Origin: an uncultured Leptospirales bacterium
GTDB taxonomy: Bacteria; Spirochaetota; UBA4802; UBA5550
Reading direction: 5' to 3'
NCBI GenBank assembly: GCA_964529415.1
Contig: CAZGWD010000013.1
Location: forward strand, 29,466 to 93,465
Length of the DNA: 64,000 bases
Numbering within the stretch: the stretch's first letter is position 1; each line of letters starts with the position of its first letter. A model generated the notes under the pieces. The model saw nothing but the letters and a program-made list of their open reading frames with translations. It had not been told where the DNA came from and ran no database searches. Below are positions 1 through 8,265 of the stretch, piece after piece. The translations under genes were made by a program, and so were the position numbers.

Positions 1-605
1 TTCGGATTATAGATATTCGTGGACATGGAGATTCTGAAGGTAAACGTGGTGATGTTCCATCCTCGAACACTCTTATTGAAGATTTATCCCAACATATAAA
101 AGATTTAAAATCAAAAAATCATGAAATGAAAATTGTAATTGGGGGACATTCGATGGGTGGAGGTATCTGCGGACGGTATCTTGAATATTCTGGTTATGAT
201 TCCGTAAAGGGCGTTGTCTATATCGCTCCTTTTTTCCATTATATGCAGCCGGGGATGAAAAATGCTGGATATGTGGATGTAAATATCTTAACCGTTCTAT
301 TCGGCAAAGACCATGCTGTATCACAAATATACCATCCAAGCAGTGATGATCCGAAATTAGTAAAAGAATATACCAACATTATGAGTAAAGCATCAATGGT
401 GTCAGATTTCACAAAATTTAGGAAAAATCATACTACTAAAACAATGTTTATTATAGGTAAAAATGATGAACTTTTTGATATAGAAAAATCAATGAAGATA
501 TTTGATGATAAAAGTATTAAATATATATTACTGGATGAAACTGGACATATAAACTATAAACCAGAATCATTTAATGGAATTCTAAAGTTTATTAATGGCA
601 TTTAA
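1..605 (+). CDS. alpha/beta hydrolase (lipase/esterase-like), 5'-partial
   Basis: The reading frame runs from the window edge through the listed ORF 126-605. It carries a GHSMGG nucleophile-elbow motif and an upstream RGHGDSEG segment typical of lysophospholipase-like hydrolases. Confidence 0.6.
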   Translation, partial: RIIDIRGHGDSEGKRGDVPSSNTLIEDLSQHIKDLKSKNHEMKIVIGGHSMGGGICGRYLEYSGYDSVKGVVYIAPFFHYMQPGMKNAGYVDVNILTVLFGKDHAVSQIYHPSSDDPKLVKEYTNIMSKASMVSDFTKFRKNHTTKTMFIIGKNDELFDIEKSMKIFDDKSIKYILLDETGHINYKPESFNGILKFINGI

Positions 606-810
606 TATAATTCTGAGTTATTCGACAGTCTCAACATGGTGTAAATGCTGTTCTCGCGAAAGGACTCGCTTGGTCTCGCCATGCAAGGAGGCGCATTGCT
701 GCAAAGCCGCAACGTTGTTTACACCAGGCAAGATAGTCTCTTGAATACAGATCAGTGTTTGATATTAGTTTTTACATCTTTTATAAATTACTTGATATAA
801 TCTTTCCTCG

Positions 811-838
811 TTGACATTTTAAGCCTCAAAAATAATAT
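811..838 (+). promoter_or_regulatory. sigma70-like promoter upstream of the ORF at 904
   Basis: TTGACA at 811-816 is followed after a 16-nt spacer by TAATAT at 833-838, about 65 nt upstream of the ATG at 904. Confidence 0.4.
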
Positions 839-903
839 TATTTCCGCCTTAGCTGAATATTTTTAATAAAAGATGAAGATTAATTTTCCGGAGAGAATAT
901 AAA

Positions 904-2079
904 ATGAAAAAAGATAATTATCGGCGTATATTTTTTATAGGTGCGGTGGTACTGGCTCTTATTCTTGCATGCGGCACTGTTTTTATATTTACCACTCAGC
1001 CTAATCGTGATGCTGATGCTGCTCCGGGAAAACTTACACAGCAGAGTATTGATTTAAATAAAACTTCAAGGTTCCTGGCAGGCCTGCTTACCCAGCAGGA
1101 ACTTGCTTTTCTGCCGGAAAGGGACCGCGTAAGATATAAAAAAATTTCAGAATCCATAGCTAAAAGCTGGAGCGGTTTTTTTACTAAAAATAAAAATGAA
1201 ATAACAGCGTGGCGGGAAAATAACATACCCGAAAAGAATATTGCCAGGGTGTTTTATCCATTCAGCGGTCCTGATGTGCTTCACCCGCTGCTTTTCTTTC
1301 CTAAAGCAGATGAAATTCTAATGTTTGGTCTTGAACCTACCGGAGGAATTCCTTCAATGGAAGCTGTTCCCCAGGCGGCTCTTGTATCTCAGGTTGAATC
1401 TCTGCTCGATGCGCTTAATTTTGTACTTAACCATTCATTTTTTGTTACAAGCGATATGTCTTCAAAGGTAAAAAGAAGTTCTCTCAACGGAGTTGCTGCA
1501 CTGATGTGCTTTTTTCTTGCTCGTGACGGTTACACTATTCTTGACGCCAGGGAAATTTTTATTACGCCTGAGGGTGTAACAGGTTATGATTTTAAAAATA
1601 AAATCGCAGGTAAAGATCATGTATCCGGCATTGAGATAATTTTCATGGGTGCTGATCAGAAACACAGAAGGGCGAGCTACTTTCAGATTAATGTTTATAA
1701 TAAATCTGCACAGCTTCCGAGATTTTTTGCAATGATTGAAACTTTTAATCCTCAGGCTGCCATTATAAAGTCAGCTTCTTATCTCATGTCAGACAAAAAT
1801 TTCAGCAGTATCAGAGAACAGGTGCTTGCAAAAAGCCCGATAATAATTCAGGACGACAGCGGGATCGACTATCATTATTTTAAAAAAACCGAATGGGATA
1901 TCACATATTTCGGAAAATATCATAAACCGATACCTTTATTCAATCACCAGTACCAGAAATCCCTGGAGAATGATGTTGCAAAATATTCCAAGGGACCGAT
2001 TAATTTTGTTTATGGATATGGTTACGGGTATCCTGATATGACATATCATCTTATTATAGCCAGAAAGAAGAAACCTTGA
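904..2079 (+). CDS. hypothetical membrane-anchored protein (N-terminal TM helix)
   Basis: 391-aa ORF with a hydrophobic N-terminal anchor (IFFIGAVVLALILACGTVFIF). I recognise no conserved family motif. Confidence 0.5.
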   Translation: MKKDNYRRIFFIGAVVLALILACGTVFIFTTQPNRDADAAPGKLTQQSIDLNKTSRFLAGLLTQQELAFLPERDRVRYKKISESIAKSWSGFFTKNKNEITAWRENNIPEKNIARVFYPFSGPDVLHPLLFFPKADEILMFGLEPTGGIPSMEAVPQAALVSQVESLLDALNFVLNHSFFVTSDMSSKVKRSSLNGVAALMCFFLARDGYTILDAREIFITPEGVTGYDFKNKIAGKDHVSGIEIIFMGADQKHRRASYFQINVYNKSAQLPRFFAMIETFNPQAAIIKSASYLMSDKNFSSIREQVLAKSPIIIQDDSGIDYHYFKKTEWDITYFGKYHKPIPLFNHQYQKSLENDVAKYSKGPINFVYGYGYGYPDMTYHLIIARKKKP

Positions 2080-2114
2080 TTAAGAATATGCAATAAACTG
2101 CATGGAGAAATAAT

Positions 2115-4094
2115 TTGGATTTACATAATCTTGATGAACTTATAGTAGAAGATAATCCGCTGCTTACTGATGAATTCGGTGAACTGAAATATAAAGTTGC
2201 GACTTATTTTTCTGATGGATTAAAGGAAACTATTTTTTCAGGCCCGACCATTCACCCTGTAATCAAAATTTATTATCTGGCGCGTATTGAATCATTGCGC
2301 GCCGAGGCAGGTCTGCCGGCACTTACGGAAACAGAAACGGAAGGGATTATAGCTCAGGCTGTAGATCTGGTTATAGAACGCAATATGGTATATATCCGGT
2401 CATCAGCAAGAAGCATGAATCAGGCCTTCCGCGCAGATGCTTATCTGCAGAGTATCGGGATTCCGCGTTCTTCTGTGCGTTTTATTGACGTATATAACGA
2501 TGATGTTCGTGGTGCCATCAAGAGGCGTGGGGAAATCTGGCGGCTTCAGGAAACTCCAAAATCTTCAGAAGAGATTATTTCCTTTATCAACTCCTCGCGC
2601 ATCCAGCTTGGAGCCAAAACTGTGTATTACTATTCGCGCACAACCGGCGTTAAGTATCTGACATGTGCAGAGTTTATGAAAATCGAAAGACTGCCGGAAG
2701 CTGATATACGCGCATGTCTTGAGGAGATTAAGGATTTATCTGCGCGCAGGATTGAAGACGGGAGCCCTGCGGTTGTTTTTTTCAAGGCGCATAATTTTGG
2801 AAATTATAATTTTAAGGCCTTTGACTTTTCAGCTGCGGATTCACATATGATGAACCATTATAATCTTTTAAAGAAAAATTTTGTTATGTCTGCAGAACAG
2901 TATTTTCGGGAGGATAATTGTAATGATCCTGTATGGCAGGCTGAAATGTTTCAATGTCTTATCGGAGCCGGCAGGGATGAAAACGGACATCGGCGTCTTG
3001 AGGAGGATATTGTTGGGCTGTCAGATGAATTCCATTCCAGGGTGACATGGCTGCCGGGATGTTCAATCAATGGTGACGAACCGATGTTTGACGCGGCATT
3101 TGACTCTGCTGAATTTGAAAAAGATGATGTCATCCGGAGGCTCCTGGACCGGAATGTCATGGGTATTATAAAGAACTTTGTTAATGCAGTGCCGGGCATT
3201 GAGTATATCAATGTAGCCCGCATTGAAAGCACTCTTTCAAAACGCGCATCGAGAAAGATTATCATGCCTGGAAGACGATGCGTGTATATTGCAGTTTTTC
3301 ATCGAACCGGGGATATCGAGGAAACAGTTAAAGTTATCCGGTTTCAGAAACGTGATGTGTATTATTTTCTCGATAACGGGCTTGGGCTCAGGGAGGCAAT
3401 AGCTGCTTCGGAAAGCAACCGTACATTTGTAAACAAACGTCATGAAGCGTGTGTGCGCCTGGGGCTTAACCTTTCCAGTGTTGAGATCAGGAGCATCAAC
3501 GAATTTTATGACGGGGCCAATTTGAAATTTCGCGGGAAGGAAATTACAAGCTGTTATTATGAACGCGATTACGAGTTCGGCTATGCAACGGACAAGATTC
3601 CTGCGGACTGGTATCATGCTGAAAAGAATTCAACAGAGTTTGCAAAGCTTCTCGGCCGGACAGCAGCTGCGAGTTTTATTACGGGCCGGCTTTATGACGG
3701 CGAAGTCATTTTTGATGACGGTGACGAAATAGTGGTTGTAGACTTCGGGGGCGCGCCGCTTGATATTGTGATAACCGAAGGTACTGCTTCCTTTAATGAA
3801 TTGGACGTTCCGCTTTCTGAATTTGCTGTTGATTATGCCCAGTCTGTGATTAAACGCTCCGGACTGGTTCCTGACTTCGAACTGTTCAGGGACAGTTTTA
3901 TCGAGGCATTCATAACAAGATTTGTGGAAATTCAGAACGCATTTAGAAATAACAGAGCGGAATATGAAAGTCTTTTCGAGGATGATAAACCAGGAGACAA
4001 CTTTTATGAGAAATGGCAGCTGGCTCTGCGCAGGCTTGACGGCGCTGATGCACAGGAGCTTGCTTTTCTGATAATTAAAGAATGCGGACGATAA
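2115..4094 (+). CDS. hypothetical protein, possibly AceK-like (isocitrate dehydrogenase kinase/phosphatase family) kinase fold
   Basis: 659-aa ORF. Several segments resemble the E. coli AceK kinase region as I remember it. TVKVIRFQ matches VFKVIKDRF, SINEFYDG matches DTQEFENF, and AAASFITGRLYDGEVIFDDGDEIVVVDF matches [36 protein letters not shown]. Confidence 0.4.
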   Translation: MDLHNLDELIVEDNPLLTDEFGELKYKVATYFSDGLKETIFSGPTIHPVIKIYYLARIESLRAEAGLPALTETETEGIIAQAVDLVIERNMVYIRSSARSMNQAFRADAYLQSIGIPRSSVRFIDVYNDDVRGAIKRRGEIWRLQETPKSSEEIISFINSSRIQLGAKTVYYYSRTTGVKYLTCAEFMKIERLPEADIRACLEEIKDLSARRIEDGSPAVVFFKAHNFGNYNFKAFDFSAADSHMMNHYNLLKKNFVMSAEQYFREDNCNDPVWQAEMFQCLIGAGRDENGHRRLEEDIVGLSDEFHSRVTWLPGCSINGDEPMFDAAFDSAEFEKDDVIRRLLDRNVMGIIKNFVNAVPGIEYINVARIESTLSKRASRKIIMPGRRCVYIAVFHRTGDIEETVKVIRFQKRDVYYFLDNGLGLREAIAASESNRTFVNKRHEACVRLGLNLSSVEIRSINEFYDGANLKFRGKEITSCYYERDYEFGYATDKIPADWYHAEKNSTEFAKLLGRTAAASFITGRLYDGEVIFDDGDEIVVVDFGGAPLDIVITEGTASFNELDVPLSEFAVDYAQSVIKRSGLVPDFELFRDSFIEAFITRFVEIQNAFRNNRAEYESLFEDDKPGDNFYEKWQLALRRLDGADAQELAFLIIKECGR

Positions 4095-4185
4095 TTTTTT
4101 TAACAAAAATTTTAAATTTTTTTTGTCTGTTCGTATTAATAATAAAGGCTCATTTCTGATTCTTGGAAAAATGATATTCAATTAT

Positions 4186-4383
4186 CCCCCCGTCCCCCGA
4201 AGGGGGCGAGTTTAAAGAAATTTAATAAATTGAATTTCTGAAAAATATTGAAATTGAAATATTGAGTATCAAAAATGAAAATGAATAAAAAATATTTCAA
4301 ATATTACAAAAATGATAAAATATGCATTATCGATGAAGTAATTATTTATCACATTTTTTCGCCCCCTTTGGGGGACGGAGGGC
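4186..4383. repeat. intergenic element bracketed by 25-nt GC-hairpin inverted repeats (copy 1)
   Basis: The left arm ccccccgtcccccgaagggggcgag (4186-4210) matches the reverse complement of the right arm at 4358-4383. Each arm contains its own ccccc-gaa/ttt-ggggg hairpin. The interior is AT-rich with aatatt/ttgaaa repeats. Confidence 0.6.
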
Positions 4384-4464
4384 TTTAGGGTGACAGGGCA
4401 CTATAACTAAAAAATATAATAACCCCTAAGAATCAGGAAAGAGTAATAATAAACAGGATAAAAA

Positions 4465-5142
4465 ATGAAGAATAAAGCAGTAATATTATTAAGCGGAGGG
4501 CTTGATTCAGCAACTGTTGCAGGTATAGCCATTAGCGAAGATTTTGAGCTATACGCTTTATCATTTAATTACGGGCAGAGACATGGCATTGAGCTTGAGT
4601 GTTCCGGAAAAGTTGCAGCTTTTTTTAAAATTAAAAATCATATTACAATTGATATACCGGCTGAGATTTTTAATTCAGCTCTTGTTAAAAATTCAGGTAT
4701 AGCTGTGCCGAAATCGGGCTTGGATCCTTTAAAAATTCCTTCTACGTATGTGCCTGCAAGAAATATTCTTTTTCTTTCATATGCGCTTGCTGCTGCAGAG
4801 AGTTTCGGCGCATCAGATATTTTTATCGGGGCAAATGCAGTTGATTACAGCGGGTACCCTGACTGCAGACCGGAATTTTTTACTTCTTTCGAGAATATGG
4901 CAAATATAGGAACTAAAGCTGCAATCGAAGGTAAGCCGTTTAAAATTCATACCCCAATTATTGATTTAAAAAAAGCAGAGATTATTAAAAAAGGGATTTC
5001 ACTCGGAATCGACTATTCAATAACACACAGCTGTTATGATCCGGATGCATCGGGTCTGGCCTGCGGTGCCTGCGACAGCTGCATTCTGAGAAGAAACGGA
5101 TTTGCTGATGCCGGAATTCCTGATCCGACAAAATATATATGA
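4465..5142 (+). CDS. queC: 7-cyano-7-deazaguanine synthase
   Basis: PP-loop motif LLSGGLDSAT at the N-terminus and a C-terminal Zn-binding cysteine cluster (CGACDSC), at a typical QueC length. Confidence 0.9.
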   Translation: MKNKAVILLSGGLDSATVAGIAISEDFELYALSFNYGQRHGIELECSGKVAAFFKIKNHITIDIPAEIFNSALVKNSGIAVPKSGLDPLKIPSTYVPARNILFLSYALAAAESFGASDIFIGANAVDYSGYPDCRPEFFTSFENMANIGTKAAIEGKPFKIHTPIIDLKKAEIIKKGISLGIDYSITHSCYDPDASGLACGACDSCILRRNGFADAGIPDPTKYI

Positions 5143-5849
5143 CTGTTTTTTACATCTTATTTGATATTATTTTCCCGTCAAAATGCGCATGCTGCTCATC
5201 TCCTGTTTCATTTAGTGATAGAAATTTATGTAAATCCTGTGCAGGAAAAATAGAATATATAAAAGATGAATGTACTGTATGCTCAGGAGTAATTGAAAAT
5301 AATATCTGCGTTATATGTTCCGGAAGAAAATTCTATCCTGCACGTCATTTTTCCCTGATTGATTATTCGCAGGAAGTTCGGGAACTGCTTCACGGAATAA
5401 AATACAATGGCCTGAAACGTGCATTAAAGATTTTGTCGGATATAGCAGTTGCCTGGCCTGGATTAAACTGCATAGAGTGCGATATAATAACATCTGTTCC
5501 GATGAATCAGAAGAAGTTATGGAAAAGAGGATTTAACCAGTGCGAATTGATAGCGAAATCTATTTCAAAGAAAATAAAAGCTCCATATGAGAATATTTTA
5601 TTGGAAAAAACAAATGCAGGGAAACAGAATGAGCTCGGCTATAGAGACAGATTTCTTAATGTTATCGGCAGATACAAAGTGCAGTCAAAGTCAAAATTTA
5701 TGGGTAAAACAGTGCTTTTAGTTGATGATATTTTTACTTCTGGAGCAACTGTTAATGAATGTGCCAGAATTCTGCTGGAAAATGGAGCGTTTCAGGTTTT
5801 TTCTCTTTCTATAGCCAGAACTAAAATAAAAAGGCTTGAAATTTTTTAA
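5139..5849 (+). CDS. comF: ComF family protein (phosphoribosyltransferase domain with N-terminal Zn-ribbon)
   Basis: N-terminal CxxC pairs plus a C-terminal PRTase motif VLLVDDIFTSGATVNE. It overlaps the queC stop by 4 nt (ATGA). Confidence 0.7.
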   Translation: MTVFYILFDIIFPSKCACCSSPVSFSDRNLCKSCAGKIEYIKDECTVCSGVIENNICVICSGRKFYPARHFSLIDYSQEVRELLHGIKYNGLKRALKILSDIAVAWPGLNCIECDIITSVPMNQKKLWKRGFNQCELIAKSISKKIKAPYENILLEKTNAGKQNELGYRDRFLNVIGRYKVQSKSKFMGKTVLLVDDIFTSGATVNECARILLENGAFQVFSLSIARTKIKRLEIF

Positions 5850-6045
5850 TATTAATTATTCATAAGTATATACCTGATTATATTTATAATAATTTAAAAG
5901 AAAAATAATATTTGCTTATTAATGGCTTTAAGTCTCTTGAAGCTGAGGGGATTTCTTTTATTTAATAGTCAGGATTAAATTTTTTTATCGCCAATACAGT
6001 TTTTTAACCGTATTTTTTAAAAAAAATTCTTTCAGGAGCCTTACA

Positions 6046-6375
6046 ATGAAAAGGATCTCAGAAGAAAATGTTGAGATAATAATACTTGACGGAAGAATCG
6101 ATCAGGATGCTTCCGAAGAGCTTGAAGGCGTGCTTCAGGACTGTCTCAACAAGAAAAAGCACAACATATGCATAGACTTGATTAATGTAAAACACATCTG
6201 CAGTTCTGCTCTTGGTGTTTTTGTGGCTGCAAAAAGAAAAATCAAGGACAGTGAGGGCGATATAAAGCTGATTATTGTTAATGATAATCTTCTTAAATTA
6301 TTCCAGACCACAATGCTTGATAAAGTTTTTGAAATATTTGAATCACAGAGAGAATGTCTTGCCACCTTTGACTGA
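6046..6375 (+). CDS. STAS-domain anti-sigma-factor antagonist
   Basis: 109-aa protein with the SpoIIAA-like signature (CIDLINVKHICSSALGVFVAA) at the typical size. Confidence 0.7.
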   Translation: MKRISEENVEIIILDGRIDQDASEELEGVLQDCLNKKKHNICIDLINVKHICSSALGVFVAAKRKIKDSEGDIKLIIVNDNLLKLFQTTMLDKVFEIFESQRECLATFD

Positions 6376-7354
6376 TAAACCAACCAGAACCATAAAAGAA
6401 ATACTCTCTCCGGTTGAGCCGTATTTAAGAGCTGTAGATGAGGATATTAAATTAAAACTCAGAACAGATGTTCCTCTTATTAATGATGGAGCAATGCATC
6501 TTTTTAAAAGCGGCGGCAAAATGGTCAGGGCCGCGCTTGTTATTTTATCAAGCGGTTTGAAAGGCCCTGTTCCGGACAAAACTGTAATGATTGCAGGCGC
6601 GACAGAGATCGTTCATGCAGCTACTCTTATTCATGATGATATTATCGACAAGGCATTTTTAAGAAGAGGGGATATCTCTGTTTCTGAAAAATGGGGCAAT
6701 AAAGTTGCAGTGCTTGTAGGTGATTTCATGTACACAACCGGCCTCGACATTGTTGTATGCGACGGTAACCCGGCTCTTTTTCCTGTAATTGTAGCAGGCA
6801 CAAGCGACATGGTTCAGGGTGAATTGTATCAGCTTCAGTATTCAAATATTGATTCAATAAACGAAGAGCATTATTTTAAAATTATCGAACTTAAAACTGC
6901 GCGCTTCATGGCTGCGTGCGTGAAACTTGGTGCGGTAAAAGCGTCCTGTGCTCAAAAAGAATGCGATGAATTATATTCATTCGGATTGAACCTGGGAATG
7001 GCATTCCAGATTATCGACGATATGCTGGATTTTACAAGTATCGGAGCTGATACAGGAAAGGATGCCTCCAACGATATTATTGACGGTAAAATAACACTTC
7101 CGTTATTGTATCTTATAAACAGATCAACAGCTGAGGATTCAAAAGCAGTGCTTGAATTCTGCTGTAATCCGAATCTTGAATCCATGCCGGATATTATTAA
7201 AAGGCTTGAGAATTCCGGAGCTTTCGAATTCTGCAGGGAAAAAGCAGCAGGGTATATAAACAATGCTCTTAAAATTCTAACGCCTTATCCTGAGAGCAAA
7301 TTTAAGAATGTATTGATTGAGCTTGCTCATTTTTTTCTTTACAGAAAAAATTGA
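6368..7354 (+). CDS. ispB: polyprenyl diphosphate synthase (IspB/HepT-like)
   Basis: Contains the FARM motif region LIHDDIIDKAFLRRG and the second DDxxD motif (FQIIDDMLDF). The listed ATG at 6275 would overlap the STAS gene by 100 nt. The conserved family N-terminus begins near LTDKPTRTIKEIL, so I propose the TTG at 6368 as start. The exact start is uncertain. Confidence 0.75.
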   Translation: MTDKPTRTIKEILSPVEPYLRAVDEDIKLKLRTDVPLINDGAMHLFKSGGKMVRAALVILSSGLKGPVPDKTVMIAGATEIVHAATLIHDDIIDKAFLRRGDISVSEKWGNKVAVLVGDFMYTTGLDIVVCDGNPALFPVIVAGTSDMVQGELYQLQYSNIDSINEEHYFKIIELKTARFMAACVKLGAVKASCAQKECDELYSFGLNLGMAFQIIDDMLDFTSIGADTGKDASNDIIDGKITLPLLYLINRSTAEDSKAVLEFCCNPNLESMPDIIKRLENSGAFEFCREKAAGYINNALKILTPYPESKFKNVLIELAHFFLYRKN

Positions 7355-7584
7355 TTATATTTAACTTAACTTGAAATTTGAGTTAGACATTTTTCAATTG
7401 CCCTTTTTTTTAATTTGTAATTGCCGGTAAAAATGTGTAAGAGAGGGAGATATAAGAGATGGATGAGATAATGGGGATAAAAGATCTTAAGTAAGAGGGA
7501 TATTATAGCTTATAAAATAAATAAAAAATCTCCGCATCTCTTACATCCCCATATCTCCTATTCTTACACATATATTGACTGAAA

Positions 7585-7821
7585 TTGATGGAGGCTTATA
7601 TGATAACAAAGGAAAAAGAAGAAGTATTGCAATATTACAATCTGGGTCTATCTGCATATAAGCAGAGAAAATGGGATGACGCCATGAAAGCTTTTGAGAT
7701 GGCCCTTAAGATTGATCCAAATGACGGCCCGTCAAAGCTTTATCTTGAAAGAGCTCAGAATTACAAGCAGTCTCCTCCAGGTGATGATTGGGACGGCGTT
7801 TTTACTATGACAACAAAATAA
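7585..7821 (+). CDS. small TPR-like protein
   Basis: 78-aa ORF with a TPR-like helix pair (LGLSAYKQRKWDDAMKAFEMALKIDPND). Confidence 0.4.
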   Translation: MMEAYMITKEKEEVLQYYNLGLSAYKQRKWDDAMKAFEMALKIDPNDGPSKLYLERAQNYKQSPPGDDWDGVFTMTTK

Positions 7822-7839
7822 GCGTTTACCGGAGTTTTT

Positions 7840-8265
7840 ATGGCAAAGAAGATTATACAGGTTAATAAAAATCCTGTTTACGATTTTGGCATGGTATCAA
7901 CAGTTTTCGGGAAAGATACAGAATTTTCAGGAGATCTTGAATTTAAGGAATCCCTGCAGATAAATGGTTTGTTCAGCGGAGAAGTTCTTTCAGGAGGATA
8001 TCTCATTGTTGGCGAGAGCGCTGTTGTTAAGGCCAATATCAAAGCTAAAACTGTTTTATTGTATGGTACAGTTCATGGAAATATAGAAGCAGTGAACAGG
8101 CTTGAAATTTATCCTAATGGAAAACTGTATGGAAATATCCGTACAGGGAAACTTAAAATTTCAGACGGTGTTGTTTTTGAGGGCAAGTGCGAGATGATAA
8201 AGCCTGAGGAAAAAAAGAGCAGGAAGGAATCTTCCCAGTCAGAAGATGCTAAAGAATCAGCCTGA
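7840..8265 (+). CDS. bactofilin (polymer-forming cytoskeletal protein, CcmA-like)
   Basis: Repetitive beta-helix pattern typical of bactofilin/DUF583 (GEVLSGGYLIVGESAVVKANIKAKTVLLYGTVHGNIEAVNRLEIY). Confidence 0.65.
   Translation: MAKKIIQVNKNPVYDFGMVSTVFGKDTEFSGDLEFKESLQINGLFSGEVLSGGYLIVGESAVVKANIKAKTVLLYGTVHGNIEAVNRLEIYPNGKLYGNIRTGKLKISDGVVFEGKCEMIKPEEKKSRKESSQSEDAKESA

Noticed and set aside
638-725. SRP (4.5S) RNA or tRNA in the GC-rich island
   Set aside because: It has no GGAA-tetraloop/AGCAGCC domain-IV signature and no tRNA T-loop (GTTCGA) or D-loop motifs. It is kept only as an unexplained structured island.
996-1226. Numerous 60-150-aa ORFs on the strand opposite to, or in alternative frames of, long conserved genes (e.g. 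996-1226 -, 13467-13706 -, 26259-26678 -, 57721-58140 -)
   Set aside because: They lie entirely inside well-supported genes (groEL, dnaE, activase and others). They have no motifs or RBS and their composition mirrors the sense strand. I treat them as spurious antisense ORFs.
4384-4464. preQ1 riboswitch upstream of queC
   Set aside because: queC operons frequently carry preQ1-I aptamers. I could not find the 5-bp stem, C-containing loop and A-rich tail consensus in the 80 nt before the start codon. Only the GC-hairpin repeat element is present.
6275-6375. ATG at 6275 as the polyprenyl synthase start
   Set aside because: It would overlap the STAS gene by 100 nt and add ~35 residues not seen in IspB-type N-termini. 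The TTG at 6368 is favoured, with low certainty on the exact codon.
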